Under the pieces are notes generated by a model, which ran no database searches, was not told the DNA's origin, and was given only the letters and a program-made list of their open reading frames with translations. This document shows, piece by piece, positions 34,401-48,849 of a stretch of DNA of 54,332 nucleotides (positions within the stretch are counted from its first letter, which is position 1; each line of letters starts with the position of its first letter). The stretch is from Lophium mytilinum (Eukaryota), in NCBI GenBank assembly GCA_010093605.1, contig MU004197.1:1550707-1605038 (forward strand), in the 5' to 3' direction. The translations under genes and the position numbers were made by a program.

Positions 34401-34486
34401 TACTATAGTAGTAGTAGAAGGTCTATAGTAAGTATATTATAGAGGTATAAAATAAGAATATAGTTATTTATAGCTACGCCGTATAT
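31446..34486 (-). mobile_element. RIP-inactivated Mutator-like (MULE) DNA transposon, interrupted at 34487 by an LTR element
   Basis: De-RIPped minus-strand motifs: HLLCIWHIEKN (about 33450-33483), YIEDKWW...W...YT...HFG (about 33130-33210) and SWIM-like C.C..F....GIPCAH (about 32630-32690). GGGG terminus with about 21-bp subterminal repeats at 31446-31515. Confidence 0.75.
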
Positions 34487-34702
34487 TATTAGATTTATAG
34501 CTAAGAAAAGAGTTATATTTCTATTAATAAGGTTGCGTAGAGAAGAGAGGCTTCGGCCATAAGCCTACTATATAGTTAAGTGCGCGCCGGTAGAACTCTA
34601 GGCGCTAGAAGAACTCTTAGCCTAGAGATTATATAATATCTATATATATAATAACTTCTAACCTTAATAACTACTAAAAGAATACTAAGAAATAATATAA
34701 TA
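34487..34702 (-). repeat. 3' LTR of Gypsy copy A
   Basis: Matches 48614-48849 except for transitions and one missing 19-bp internal repeat unit. Confidence 0.88.
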
Positions 34703-36084
34703 TATACCCTCTCTTTAAAAAACTAAGCTTCTATAAGGACTTATAGAAAAAAGACTTACTATTTAAACTTATATATTAGATAGCTAATATAGATATAGCT
34801 TTATATATAGATAGAGTATGCTAATAAAACTAGTATAGGTAGGCATTCTTAATTAATTCTACTATCTAATAGCGGCGTAGAATCTTAGAGTATATTAGAC
34901 TATTATAATAATATAGTAATATTCTAGAGGTTTTAAGTAGATAGAGTCTAGTCCTTTAGTTTAATAAAGTAAGCGGGCGGTTTAGGTTTCCGCGGGCTAT
35001 AATAGTAGAAGTTAAAGACTTTATAGAGGCAGCCTTTAAAATTTCTAGATAGTTACTAGAATCTATATAGTTATATACTACTAATATAGTAAACTTTATA
35101 CTATATATTATTATTCTTAATATATAAGTTAATAATTTAAGTAACTATAAATTCTTCTATAGGTTTATTATTATCTTTATACTAGATTAGCTCTAGTAGT
35201 AGTATAGGTTCTAGCTAATTCTAGCCTTTAATAGGCTTAGAAGTATCTAGCTATAATAAGAAAGAATAGAAGATATTATAGATCTTAGTATTAGATAGTA
35301 GATCTAATTAGAAAGCTACACCCTAATTAATAACTTTATTAACGCGGAAGGGGCCTATAAACTTATTATCTAGCGCCTTCTTAGCGCGGTCTAGCTTAAT
35401 ATTCTTAGCGTTAAGCTAGACTATATTATTAACGCATATATCCGCCGCGGCCTTCTAGTAGTAGTTAGCTTAGTAAGCCTATTCTTTCTAAGTCTATATA
35501 ATGCAGTTTCTTAGATAGACCTTAATATTCTATAGGCATTAAGCTATATTATTAGCTAGCTTACGCTTAATCTTCTTATTTTTAAATATCTTCTTATTAT
35601 TAGTAGTAGGCGGTTTAAGCTCTAAATAAGAAGTATAGCTATAATTAGTAAAGAATAGTAATAGGCCCGTAGTAGCTAATATATAGGTATTTATAATAAG
35701 TTCTACTAAAAGTAGTAGATTATACTAATTATTCTATATATAGTTAATATAGGCTTATAGATACTTCTTTATATTAGTATTAGTAATTTCTATCTAACTA
35801 TCTATTTCCGGGTAAAAGGCAATAGACGTATTAAGTAATAATTATAACTAATAGTAGAGGTATTACTAGAATTTAGAAGTAAACTATATTTCTAGGTTAC
35901 TAGTAATAGATACTAGTAGCCTATAGAGTTAATAGATCTATTAAAAATAGACCTTAGTAAGCTTATCTACCTCTAGAAAAGTAATAGTAAGAAAGTAATA
36001 TTCTTTTAAGAGTCTATTAATTATAACTAGTATATAATAATACTTGCAGCTATAATACTTATAGATAGATAGATTAACTATATA

Positions 36085-36306
36085 TATTATAGTATAAACC
36101 TAGAATTATAATAATTACGTGCTAAGATTACGTGCCGCCTCTTATATAACCTAAGTAAAACGCTAGCCTAAGGCGCTAGGCTGTAGCCTATACGCCGGCG
36201 TTAAACTATAACCTCTTAAGAGCTTCTAGCTCTCTCTCTTCTTCTTAGCTTAGATTTTTATAATAGTTAATATACCTTATTACTTATATTATATTAGCCC
36301 CCTATA
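36085..36306 (+). repeat. 5' LTR of element B
   Basis: Direct repeat of 43625-43846; the exact end is uncertain by a few bp within a TA run. Confidence 0.9.
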
Positions 36307-39300
36307 TAATCTAAGCTTACTCTTCTATACTTAGAATCTTATTAATTTTTTCTAGAACTCTATTATAAGATCTAGGCATTTTTACTAAAACTAATTAAAT
36401 ACTCTTCTACCGGCCTAGCTATATAGCTACGCGCGGCACCTAAATCTAATCTAGTAGACTATAATCTAGTACCGCCTTCTTTAAATAAGCTAGTTAATCT
36501 AATAGCTAGGCTTTAAGATAATCTAAAGACTCTAGGCACTATAAGTAGTACTAATCTAAATACTTTAGAATATACTTCTATAACTCTATTAACTACTAGT
36601 AATAAGAAAGCCCGCTATACTATGCGCCTTGCGCACTTTTAAGGTGTAGTAAAAGGCTCTTTTATACTAGCTATTATTTCTAGCTCCTAGTATAGAACTA
36701 GAAAACTAATTCTAAATATCTAAAAAGAAACCTAAGCCTTCTTATAGACTATAGATAATACTTAGCGCGCTAATACCTAGCGCGCTAATATCTAGCGCGC
36801 CGATACCTAGTATACTAACGCCTAGCGCGCTAATATCTAGCGCCTAGAATACTTAGTAGATAAATAAGTTAATGCTACTAGAACCTTAAACTAGAATATT
36901 ACTAATAAACTTAATCTAGACTATAACTCTAATAATAAAGGCGGCTTTATAACGCCTAGTATAAATATTCTAGGTAAGCGTGCTATTTAATTTATTATAG
37001 AAGATAATATATATAAACCTTAAGCTAGTACTAGTAAGCTATACGCCTTTTATTACTAAGTCTCTATAGCGGACTAATAAGCCTCTATTCTAGTTATACG
37101 CTATAAGACTAAGTAGGTTCTAGATACTAAACCTAAGTATATAAATATTCTAGAGAAACTATAAGAAACTAACCTATAGCGCTATATATAGCTACTAGTC
37201 TAGCTTCTTAACTATTATAGTAATAGTACTATAACTATTAATACTATAGTTACTAATAAGATAGAGTTTACCGCTATAGTAAATAAGAATAACTTAGTAT
37301 AGTAGAAGTCCTTCTAGAAGCTCTATATAGAGTATAAAGTAGGCTTTAAAAAAGCTAATAAAAAAGATAAGCTCTATAATAACCTCTAGAATAAGTACTA
37401 GAAGTATAAGTAAGATACCTCTAATAATACTACTATAGTAGAATAAGAATTAAAGGCCTATTATACTAAGTAGCTATAGTAAGTTATAAGTAGTTATTAG
37501 GCTAACCTTAAGCTTAACTAGATGCGCCTATACTATAATTACTAGTATAGTAAGTACTAGACTCTTAAAGAGATATATAAGAAGCTTACTACTTAAATTA
37601 AAAAGCTTAAATAGCAGCTTTATTAATAGGCTTACCTATAGCCCTTAGACTCTAACTATAATTTAAATAATAATAATAGTACCCGCTCTTCTATACCTAT
37701 AATACTAGTTTACTATTATTCTATTAGCTAGCCCCTATAGTTTAATCCTATTAAGAGTAAGTCCGCTACTCTATTTATACCTATTTAGGATGCCGGCGCG
37801 TATATAGTAATATCTTACTACTCTAATCTAGATAAGTTTAGTAGTAGTAATAAGAATAAGCTATTCTACTAGTAGTAGTATATATAGATACTTAGTAAGC
37901 TAGATATCTACGCACTACTATATACTACTACTAATTATTATATAGTTTATATCCGTAATAGGCTTAAAGATAAAGTATTTAATATAATCTTCTACCGCGC
38001 TAAATCTAATAATAATAAGCTATACCTCTCTATAGAAGAACTAATTAATAATCTTAATAAGGTTTATAGACCTTTTAATAAAGTAGTAGACGCGCGTACT
38101 AATTTATATAATAGTAAGTTTATATAGAAGAAAGATAAGCGTATTATAACCTAGGTAGAATACTTTAATACTAGTATAGCCTCCCTCTATTTTAAAGACC
38201 TTAAGAAGATCTACTATATATAGCGTAACCTTACTAATAGCCTTAAGTATAAGGCCGCTAATAAATAAGACACTAATATAATAACTTTTATTACATTCCT
38301 CTAGACTTTAGAATTATAACTTAATATTATTAAACTAAATAAAGATACCTAGAAGAATAAGAAGACCTTTAAGTCTATACGCAATAACTATAAAACTATA
38401 GGTAGTAGCTTAACTACGCCTTACTATCTACTACTTACTAACGCTAAGTATATATCTAAGAATAATACTAGTAATACTATCTCTAGTACCGCTACTACTA
38501 CTACCGCAAATAACTCTTCTAGCCCCTTTAGTTGCGACCGCTATACTATTACGCGCCTTAAGTAGCTTAGACGTTACTAGAACTATCTAAAGTATAGATA
38601 TATAGCTAATAGTAATACCCTATATATTAAATAATAGCTAGTTACTATCTATAAGGTTAGCGGTCTTACTAATAAAATTAGCCTTACTAGCGTTAATATT
38701 AGCGCTATAAATACTAGCTCTACCTATAATAAGATAATAGAAAATGCCTAGTTTTTAGTAATAGTTACTACTAAGAACCTCTAATAGCCTTTAATAATAA
38801 GAAATTAAAAGCAGTTATAGATAGAATTACTATTTTAGAATAAGAAATTAAGCCGGTTATTATGCGTATATCTACTCTTACACCGCAGCTAGTTAATAGT
38901 AAATAGTTTAGCTTCTTAGGTAGAATCCTCTAATCTAATTCTATTTCTAACTTTTTTACTACTAAGATTCTTTTTAATATAGAATTAGGCTCTTAATTTC
39001 TTTATTTAAAGACTGTACGCCTTTATAAGATATCTACCTAACTCTTTTTATAACCTATTATTCTTAAGCTTACTAATAGTAAGCCCTCTATTATACTAGA
39101 CTATATAGTAGATATTACCTTCTATATAAATAACTACTATAATACTATTACCTACTATATTACTAATACTAGATAATATAATATAATTCTAGGCATACTC
39201 TAGCTATAGCTTTATAACCCTACTATTAGTTTTAGAAAGATATAACTTATCTTCTAGTCTAACTACTATATATCTAATTACCTCTATTATAGTAGGCTAG

Positions 39301-42300
39301 TTATTATAAAGAGCCTTATCTATTTAAAATATATTAAAATTAAACTATACTAGAATCTAGATAATTTCTATAGCTCTTAATATAACTCTAACTCTAACCC
39401 TAACTCTAACTCTAACTCTAACTCTAACCTTAACTCTATTATTAAAGGGTCTAATAATACTAAAGACTCCCCTTAGCTTAACTATAATAGAAAACCTCTT
39501 CCTCCTAAACTAGTTCTACTAGATAAACTACCTAAATATAATATTTAGTTTATCTCTATATACGCCTATTCTACTATAGTAAAATAAAATAAGAACGTAG
39601 TAATAACTATTACTTTATAAGACTTTAAGTAATTAGACTAGCCTAATAAAATAGATAAGTAACACGCCTATAGGCGCTAGATAGTAAACCTTATAGGCGT
39701 TACTATAGAAGACTACTATTAATTTAAAAAGAAGATAACTAAATTACCTTATACTAAAGATTAGCTATAGTAGAAAGTTCTACCTTTTTTCTACTAGATT
39801 TTAGACGCCTTTAATCTATAAGTAGTAAATAAACTACTACTATATAGGCCTAGTATAGACTATACTATTAACTTTAAAGACCTAAATATAAAACTACTAG
39901 TCCCGCGTTAGTATAGCCTTTCCTATAATAAATTATAGGCTATTAAAGCTTATATTAATAAAATACTTAGTAAAAGCTTTATCTATTCTAGTATATTACT
40001 CTTTATAGCGCTAGTTATTATTATCTATAAACTAGGCGGAGAACTCCGCATCTATATTAATTACTGCTTACTAAATAAAATTATAATTAAGGATAGAAAC
40101 GCTCCCTCTCTTCTATATAATATAATTACGTAACTTTATAAAGCTAAGATATACTCTATCTTTAATATTATCGCCGCCTTTAATAATATCCGCGTTAAGA
40201 ATAGTAATTAACCTAAGATAGCGTTCTATACTTAATATAGCGTCTTTAAGTTTAATATTATACCTTTTAGCTTATATAACGCGCCCGGAATATTCTAATT
40301 CTTTATTAATTTTATACTTTATCTATATCTAGATATCTACTATATAGCCTATATAGATAATATCCTTATATATAGTAATAATAAGAAAGACTATAAGAAA
40401 GACTATATAAATATTCTTACTACCCTATATAATATAGAACTCTATCTTAATATTAATAAGTATTACTTCTTAGTTAAGAAAGTTAAATATCTAGGCCTAA
40501 TTATTACGCCTAATAGAATAGAAATAGACCCCGCTAAAGTTAGCGCTATTTAAAATTAGAAGCTACTCTATACTATTAAGAATATATAATTCTTTCTTAG
40601 CTTCTATAACTTCTATAGGTAATTTATTACTAGCTATTTATAGATTACTACTCTACTTATAGAACTTACTAAGAAAACTATAGAATAAAGTAACTTTCTA
40701 CTACTTACTAATAGCCTAGCAGCTTAAGCCTTTAAGAAGCTTAAAGCCTTATTTCTAATAGCCCTAGTTCTTACCTATTTTAACCTAGACCTAGACTATA
40801 TTTTTAAGACTAACGCCTTAGACTATATTATAGCTGCTATTCTCTTATAATATAGACTAGATAGAATTCTATATTCTATTACCTTCCTCTTAAAGAAGAT
40901 AACCCCTACTAAGTGCAACTATAAGATCTATAATAAGAAACTACTCGCTATTATCTAAGCCTTTAAGAAATAGTAATCTAAGCTTACTAGTATTATTAAA
41001 CCTACGCTTATATAGATAGACTATAAGAATCTAGAATACTTTATATCTTTTAAGTAGTTAAATTACTATTAAGCCTAATAGGCTAAATATCTTTCTTAAT
41101 TTAACTTTATTCTAAACTAGTAACTAGGTAAGTAGTTAACTAAGCCTAATAGCCTTACTTATAGGCCTAGTAATATTCTAGATAATCTAAATAATCCTAG
41201 AATAATGCATTAAATGCAAACTATTTTAAAAAAGAGAAACCTACTAAATAGTATATACTAAGCCCTTTAACTAGCTAGTATACTACTAAATAAATAGAAA
41301 GTTCTAGTTATTAGAATAGCCTAGCTTATATATAAAGTAGCTAAATAGCACCTAACTAATATTTCTTATATTATTCTAGCCACTAATAGAACTAGAGAAA
41401 AGAGACGCTTAACTAAGGCTATAGCTAACTATAGTAAGTTAGATAAAGATCCACGCAACGCTACCCCGGACGTTACTGCGTTAATCGCCCCTAATATTGC
41501 CGCGTTAATTGCCCCTAAACCTGCACCTATAGATTCTACTACTAAAAAAGAAGTACTAAAGGTATCTAAGCCTAGTAATAAGTTAGATAAGGACTTACTA
41601 GGGGACTATACTAATAATACTACTATTTAGTAGATTAATTAAGTATATATAGAAAATAATATTCTCTAGCATATTATATATATAAAGGAAATAGATAAAT
41701 AATATATTCTACTTAAACTTATTTAGAAATAAGAAATTAAAATTAAGCTTAGTAACTATAAGATCTATAAAAATAGGCTATTTATTAATAGCCGCTTATA
41801 TATTCTATATAATATAAAGCTCTATATATAGTTAATTAAGAAAGCCTATAACTCTCTTTCTAGAGGCTATACTAGAAGAAACTCCCTCTACTATTACCTC
41901 TTCTTCTAGTACTACTAGCCTAGTATTATAAACTCTATAGCTATATATATTAATACCTATTTTATATATAGATATATAAAGATTTATAAAGAAGGTAAAT
42001 ATAGCTTACTTAAGCCGCTGCCTATTCTAAACTAATACTAGATAGATATATCTATTAATTTTATTACTAAGTTACCCTCTTATATAGTTAAGGGCTATAT
42101 ATACTAATATATTATAGTAGTTATTAACTAGCTATCTAAGAAGTATAAGTTTATTCCTCTAGACTCTATAGAGCTAGAAGACGTCGCGTAAGCCTTTATT
42201 AACTAGATTTAGCGTAAAGAAGGCTATCTAGACTATATTATATCTAACTATAGAGTATAGTTTATATTTTTCTTTTAGAAATACCTATATAAATGCGTAG

Positions 42301-43624
42301 AAATATATCTAAAGCTATCTACTATAGCCTACTTAGAAACTAATAGATAGATAGAGATTATTAATATAGGCCTTAAGTAGTACCTATATGCTTATATCTA
42401 TTACCTATAGAATAATTAGGTAAACCTTATTACCTTTACTAAGTTTAAAGCTAACGCAGATATTAACTAATCTACTAGCGTCTCCCTCTTTAAGGCTACT
42501 AAAGAATACATGCTAAGAAGTAGCCTTAAACCCTCTTTATAAGGAATTATTATACTAGAGCCCTAAAAATAAGGTATAGACGCTACTAAGAAGCTTATTA
42601 TATAAATTTATAACCTACGTAAGTTTCTTAAAGATAAACTATATTAGAACTAATCTAAAATAAAGAAACTAGCTAACTAGAACTGCTTACTAGCCTCTAA
42701 GTTTAAAGTTAATAATATAGTTATACTTAATACTAAGAATATCTATACTATATAACTAAGTAAGTCTTTTAACTATAAGAATTTTAGTTTCTTCTATATA
42801 ACACGTGTTATTAATAATATAGTATATAAGCTAGAACTTTCTAAGTCTATAAAAGAAATCTTTTCTATATTCTACCTATAGCTACTCTATTAAATTAATA
42901 AGAATCTGCCCCTTCTAGAATAATATCTAGAACCTCTATCTATACTTAAGATAGAAGAAGATAGCTTTATAGGGTAGTACTATATTAATAAAGTCCTTAA
43001 TTCTAGATTTAACAGCCGCTAACTAGATCTATATATAGGTAAGAAACTATACCTTATATATAAGATAGCCTAGACTAGTTATAATAATACCTAGCCTAAA
43101 TAGAAATCTTACTAGAATATAGATAGCTATAATAAACTCCTTATAGAGTATTATAATAAGTATAGCCTTAAAGTAGAACCTTATTTAATATTTAGCACAT
43201 CTAAATAGAAAGTTATAAAGATAATAAATAAGAGTATAAGCGCTACTGCGGCAATAGTAGGCCTATAGAATATTCTTAGTACTAGCCTAAGTAAGTATAA
43301 ATAGCAACCTTATTAGGTAGCTAAGTTATTTTATAAGAAGGCTATTCTATATAGGCAACCTAAAGTAGAACTCTAATAGATAGAAGCTAATAATAGGCCT
43401 TAGGTTAATTTATATAGCCCGCTTGCAGCGCTTAAAAATAAATATAAGAATAAATATAATAATAGAAATAATAGAAATAATAAATATAGTAAGACTATAG
43501 ATAATAGTAGGTATATAAATAGTAAGGCTATATAAGCGGCTTAATAGAAATAGAATAGAAAGAATAGAGAAGCTATAATATATTATAAGTCTTATAGAAC
43601 TTTAGCTTTTAAAGGGGGAGATAG

Positions 43625-43846
43625 TATTATAGTATAAACCTAGAATTATAATAATTATATACTAAGGTTATATACCGCCCCTTATATAACCTAAGTAAAA
43701 CGCTAGCCTAAAGCGCTAGGCTATAGCCCGTGCGCCGGCGTTAAACTATAACCTCTTAAGAGCTTCTAGCTCTTTCTCTTCTCCTTAGCTTAGATTTTTA
43801 TAATAGTTAATATACCTTATTACTTATATTATATTAGCCCCCTATA
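43625..43846 (+). repeat. 3' LTR of element B
   Basis: Follows the PPT; direct repeat of 36085-36306. Confidence 0.9.
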
Positions 43847-46800
43847 TATAGTCTATAGTAATATTACACTAGTAATAGAAAGAAATAAGTAAGGGGTATA
43901 GAAAGCCCTACTTAGTAAAGTTAGAGGGCTTAATATTATAGTAACGCTAATAGGTATTAATATATATTATAATTAATTTAGTAAACCTAGGCTAGTAGTA
44001 GCTAGGGTAAATCTATTATAGATAATTAGCGTAGCCCCTATATTCTGCGCTAGTATAGTTATAGTCTAGCTATAAGATTCTTAGCTATAGTGTAGCTAAT
44101 TATAGTATAAATAGTTATCTAGATTTCTTATAGAGGACCTATAGCTTATTATTAGCAACCTCTAGCTTACTTATTAATAGCTAGACGCGCTTATCTTTTA
44201 AAATATCGCGTGGCAGCTTTTAATTACCGCGCTACTTAAGCGCTATAATGCGGTAGACTAGGTAGTTATCTAACTTATTATTAGAATTATTACCCTATTC
44301 TTAGAAAGTATTTTTATCTATATTATAGGCCTCTTTAATAAGTTTATATAGGGGCCGGGTATAATTTATAATGCCTATAGTATAAATATAGAGTTTCTTT
44401 AATACTTTAGAGGTAAGGTTCTTTATCTTAATTATAGTTTACTACTAAAATAGAAATTATTTATTATTATTAGATTATAGAAGGTTCTAGCTATAACGCG
44501 TAAGACTATCTAGTTTAGTTTCTAGGCGGCCAGGCCGGTATATTAGAACGTAATTAATTTCTAAAAGAATCTATAGCTAGTATATCTATTACTAATTAAG
44601 CTATTACATAGTTATAAAGTATAGTAGATTTTAGTAATCTATTAGTACTTAGATAGGGTTCTAGTATCTATTACCTTAGTACTATAGTTTCTATTCTTTA
44701 AAGGTAAGAATAATAGTAAGTAACTTCTTATTATAGATTTTATAGTTATACTCTACTAGTATTATCTTATAGAAGTAAAAGGCAACTAGATACTATATAC
44801 TATTATTATATAGCTATAAGAATACGCCCGCGGCTATATAGTTAGATGCATCTATTTTAATATATAATTTTCTATTTAGATTAAAGTATTTAAAATAGGG
44901 CGTAGTAGTAAATACTATTTTAAGGTTATTAAAGGCCTTTTAGCAGCTTAATATTTATTTAAAATAGATACGCCCGTTTAGTTCCTTCTATAAGAGGTTA
45001 GTAAGCGGCTTATATAGTTATAAGAAGCCTTAAATAAATTACCTATAGAAGTTAGCTAAGTCTAAAAAGGCCTAAACATCCTTAAGGTATATAGAAGTAG
45101 CCTATTTAGTAATAGCTTTAACTTTCTCTAGATCTATCTTAATGCCCTTAGTTATAATAATAAGGCTAAGATATTTAATACGCTTAATAAGGAATTTACA
45201 CTTATTAATATTAAGAAAGAGGCCTATCTTATATAGTTAGTTAAGGACTTTCTATATATAGGTAATATAGTTCTTTTTAGTTTTATTTATAAATACTAGT
45301 ATATTATCTATATAAGCTAAATAGAAGTTATCTAGATATTTATATAATATATTATTAATAAATATTTAAAAGGTGCTAGGCCTATTATATATACTAAATT
45401 TTAAGACTTTAGATTAGAATATTCTATACTATATAATAAACACTATTTTCTATTTATTACTAGGCTTAATATATATATAATTAAAGGCGGAAATAATATT
45501 TAATTTAGTATACTATTTAGCTTTATAGAGGCAGTTAAGCGTCTTCTAGATAATTAGAATTAAGTATTAATTCTTTATAGTAATAGTATTAAGGCCGCGA
45601 TAGTTAATATAAAACTAGTAGGTTCTATCTAGTTTCTTAATAAGAAGTACAGGCGCGTGTATAGAAAAGTTGCTATTCTTAATAAAACTATTATCTAGTA
45701 GCTTCTAGAGTTTATTATAGATAATACGGTTTTTTTCCTCTAATACTGCTCGGGTCTTATATTTAGGCAGTAGCGCGTCTAGCTATAGAAGAATTATATA
45801 GTTATAGTTATAGTATAGGGGTAGATTTTCTACTTCTTATTATAACTATATATTAATCTAAGAATAGAAATGCTTATCTAACTATTTCTATAGTTTATTA
45901 GATAAATACATTCTTTACTTCTTTATAAACTTATTATATTTATTAACTAATAAGGCGTAGAGCTTAAGTATACTATCCCCTTCTAGAACGCTTATAATAT
46001 ATTCTATTATAGGTATATTAAATAAGAAGTTATCTAGTATAGGGATAAACTCTAGCCTATAGATCTAAATAAGGTCTTTAGGCTTAGTATAGTAAATATA
46101 GCGTTCTATAGAACTAATAGATATTATAAATAGAAATATAGACTAAAGTTTAACTAGCCTAGCGGGTTATATAGCGCCCTTATAGAAAATCTTTATAGAT
46201 ATACTATTACTATAGTAGTATAGATTATAGCATTATAATTAATAGAAGTAAAAGCTTTTCTTAATAAAGTTAATTTCTAGATTATAGGTTTTATACTAAT
46301 CTATTCTAAAAACTATAGGTATATAGCCTAGGTCTATAATATAGTAGACTAGTTACTCTATATAAAAGCCTATAGTAATATTAATAATTACCGCGTGTAT
46401 AATAGATTATAAGGAGTTAGAATTATTAATATATATTAAGTAGTAAGGGGAATTAAGAGAGATATAATAGATTTTATATTTACGCGTAAATAATTAATTA
46501 ATAAAAGAGAATATTATACTATTATTAGAGAGAGAGTAAGTATAAATAATTTAATTACTATCTAAGGCTATAGAATAAGAAAGTAAGTACTAACTACCTT
46601 TCTTTAGCTAGAGCTTTATAATATTATACTAAGTATATATAATAGCTATAGCGGAAATATAAAGTTCTAGCTAGCTCTTATTATTTTTAATATACTCTAG
46701 CACCTCTTATAGCTAGAAATAGGTATTAAGCTAGGGTAGAGGTTCTACTACCTTCTTTATTTAGTACTTTTTAGGTATCCTATATTTAGTATTCTTATAG

Positions 46801-48613
46801 CGGCTTTTATATAGTTTCTAGTTCTTTCTTTATAGTTCTAGAAGGTTATTAGTAGAAACTAAGTTACTATATTTAAAGAAAGTTAGTATAGAATAGAGGG
46901 AGGATAATAGGGTTAATAATAGGCTAGGTTTATAATTAATTATAATAGGTCCTTAGGCGCAACTATACTTAAGAACTACTTATTTTTCTAGCTAGAAAAT
47001 ATAGTATTAGTAGCGCGTAGAGGAAGGCTACTAGTTATCTAAATAGAGAAGTTTTAAAGAGGGTAATTATTATTAATAGCGCAGTAACTAATATAGTAGT
47101 AATAGTTATATACGCCTACTACGCGTATTCTCTCTTTATTAGCTTTAGTAAGTTTACTAATACTCTAGATATATACTAGTTTATTAGCCGGATTTATAGC
47201 GCGCAAGCGTTATTCTATACTAGCTGCAGCTATAATAGTAGAGGCGTATAGAGTACTTATAGTAGTTATAGAAGAAGTTATTATAGTTATAGTTATTATA
47301 TTAGTATCTATAGCGGGCGTAGATAAGTAGCCGCTATAGCTACGGCCCCGGCTATAAGTAGATTAAGTAGTTATTATAAAGGTTATTATAGCCTAATAAG
47401 GCTAGAAGATAAGAGTATTATATTTCTTAGCCTACTAGAAGGCTATATTCTATATATCTATAGTATAAATATATTATATAAAGTTATTAAAGTAATTATA
47501 TATTATACTATTAACTAGTTTAAATTATAGGTAGGGCGTAAGGCGTGTCTTAAATTAGTAGATAAGCTTAGCTAGCCCTTAATTAAGGTTACTAGTAATA
47601 TCTAAGAAATAGTTATAGAATATAGTAAATAAATTATTATCTATATAGAGGGTTTCTAGCTATATTAGTACTTTAGCCTTAATATTATATTTACTATAGC
47701 TATTATCTAAAGAATAGAGGGCGTTAATATTATTATAGATAATCTAATTATAGTAGTATACCTAAATGCGCTTAAAGGGTCTACCTAAGAGAACGCTCTT
47801 AATATAATTAAGCTTATAGTTATCTATCTTCTTAGGAAAAGTATAGCGGATCTTAGCTAGAACCTTACTACGCTAGATTAGATATATATCTAGATTCTCT
47901 CTATTAAATATAACTAGGTCTAGCTAGTAGTAGTTACACTAGTAGAATATTAATAATAGTAGCTAGGTATATAGTAGAGTATAGCTATTATAGTAGCTAT
48001 TATTATAATATTAATTATCTAAACGCTTATTATATAGAGAGGTAGAGTAGCGGGCTTAGTTACTACTACCGCGGATATTTATATTTAAAGTAGAAGAAGT
48101 ATATCTAGGCTCTATATAGCTATTATAGCTATTATAACTATAGTTATTAGGCCTATCTAGTAGTTATTCTCTAGTCCTGCTATTTATCTACTAATAGTTA
48201 ATATTATTATTGCGCCGCTTATTATTATTAAAATAAACGGGCCCTTTAGATATTATCTTAGCAGGCTTAAACTACTATTATTATTATTAGAGCTTATATA
48301 TATAAGCCTAGGTAGCCTAGAGGCTAAGCTTAAAATTATTAAGCTAGATCTTTAGGTCTATAATAATCTTATTTATATTATTAAACTACTTATAAAGGTT
48401 TATAGATATATTCTTCTATTTCTCTAGGCCGGCGCTATAGTTATTAATATAGATATTAGTACTCTTAACTAGAGCGCGTAGTAGTTTAAAGGCTTCTAAT
48501 AGCTTAGAATTTACCTATTAATAAAACTTAAATAAGCTCTAGAATATAGTGCCTTCTAGCTTTATAGTTAGGTTCTTAATATTATATAAGTCTAGAAGAA
48601 GATTAAAGGTAAT

Positions 48614-48849
48614 TATTAGATTTATAGCTAAGAAAAGAGTTATATTTCTATTAATAAGGTTATATAGAGAGGAAAGAGGCTCTAGCTATAAGCTTACTAT
48701 ATAGTTAAGTATATGCTAGTAGAACTCTAGGCGCCGGTAGAACCTTAGGCGCTGGAAGAACTCTTAGCCTAGAGATTATATAACATCTGTGTATATAATA
48801 ACTTCTAACCTTAATAACTACTAAAAGAATACTAAGAAATAATATAATA
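48614..48849 (-). repeat. LTR shared by copy A (as 5' LTR) and copy A' (as 3' LTR)
   Basis: The gag start of A lies on its left and a PPT (TATGCCCCCCCTTTT on +) of a second internal region lies on its right. Confidence 0.88.

Larger units (their letters stand above)
36085..43846 (+). mobile_element. Full-length chromodomain Ty3/Gypsy retrotransposon B (about 7.76 kb), RIP-inactivated, nested in the integrase region of copy A
   Basis: LTRs of about 222 bp at 36085-36306 and 43625-43846; PPT AAAGGGGGAGATAG before 43625. De-RIPped protease ILFDTGSG (about 38967), RT KPGGELRICVDYR (about 40030) and AY.DDIL.YS (about 40350), RNase H ETDASDY / CNYEIYDKELLAI, integrase HPETDGQTE (about 42330) and chromodomain-like YKIAWTGY...WEPY (about 43060-43115). 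Confidence 0.93.
34487..48849 (-). mobile_element. Ty3/Gypsy LTR retrotransposon copy A (about 6.6 kb net), RIP-inactivated, carrying a nested insertion at 36085-43846
   Basis: LTRs 34487-34702 and 48614-48849; polypurine tract next to 34703. De-RIPped RT 'YLDNFCSAYVDDVLVF' (about 45290-45340) and integrase GPF 'KFVGPFRV' (about 35340-35365). Order is gag-PR-RT-RH-IN on the minus strand. Confidence 0.9.

Noticed and set aside
31964..36843. CRISPR-like arrays in the short tandem repeats
   Set aside because: The units are directly adjacent with no unique spacers, there are no cas genes, and the context is eukaryotic TE sequence.
39383..39438. (CTCTAA/CCCTAA)n run resembling a telomeric repeat
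   Set aside because: It lies inside pol of element B between protease and RT and is mostly CTCTAA. Best explained as a RIP-mutated 6-bp coding repeat, not an interstitial telomere.
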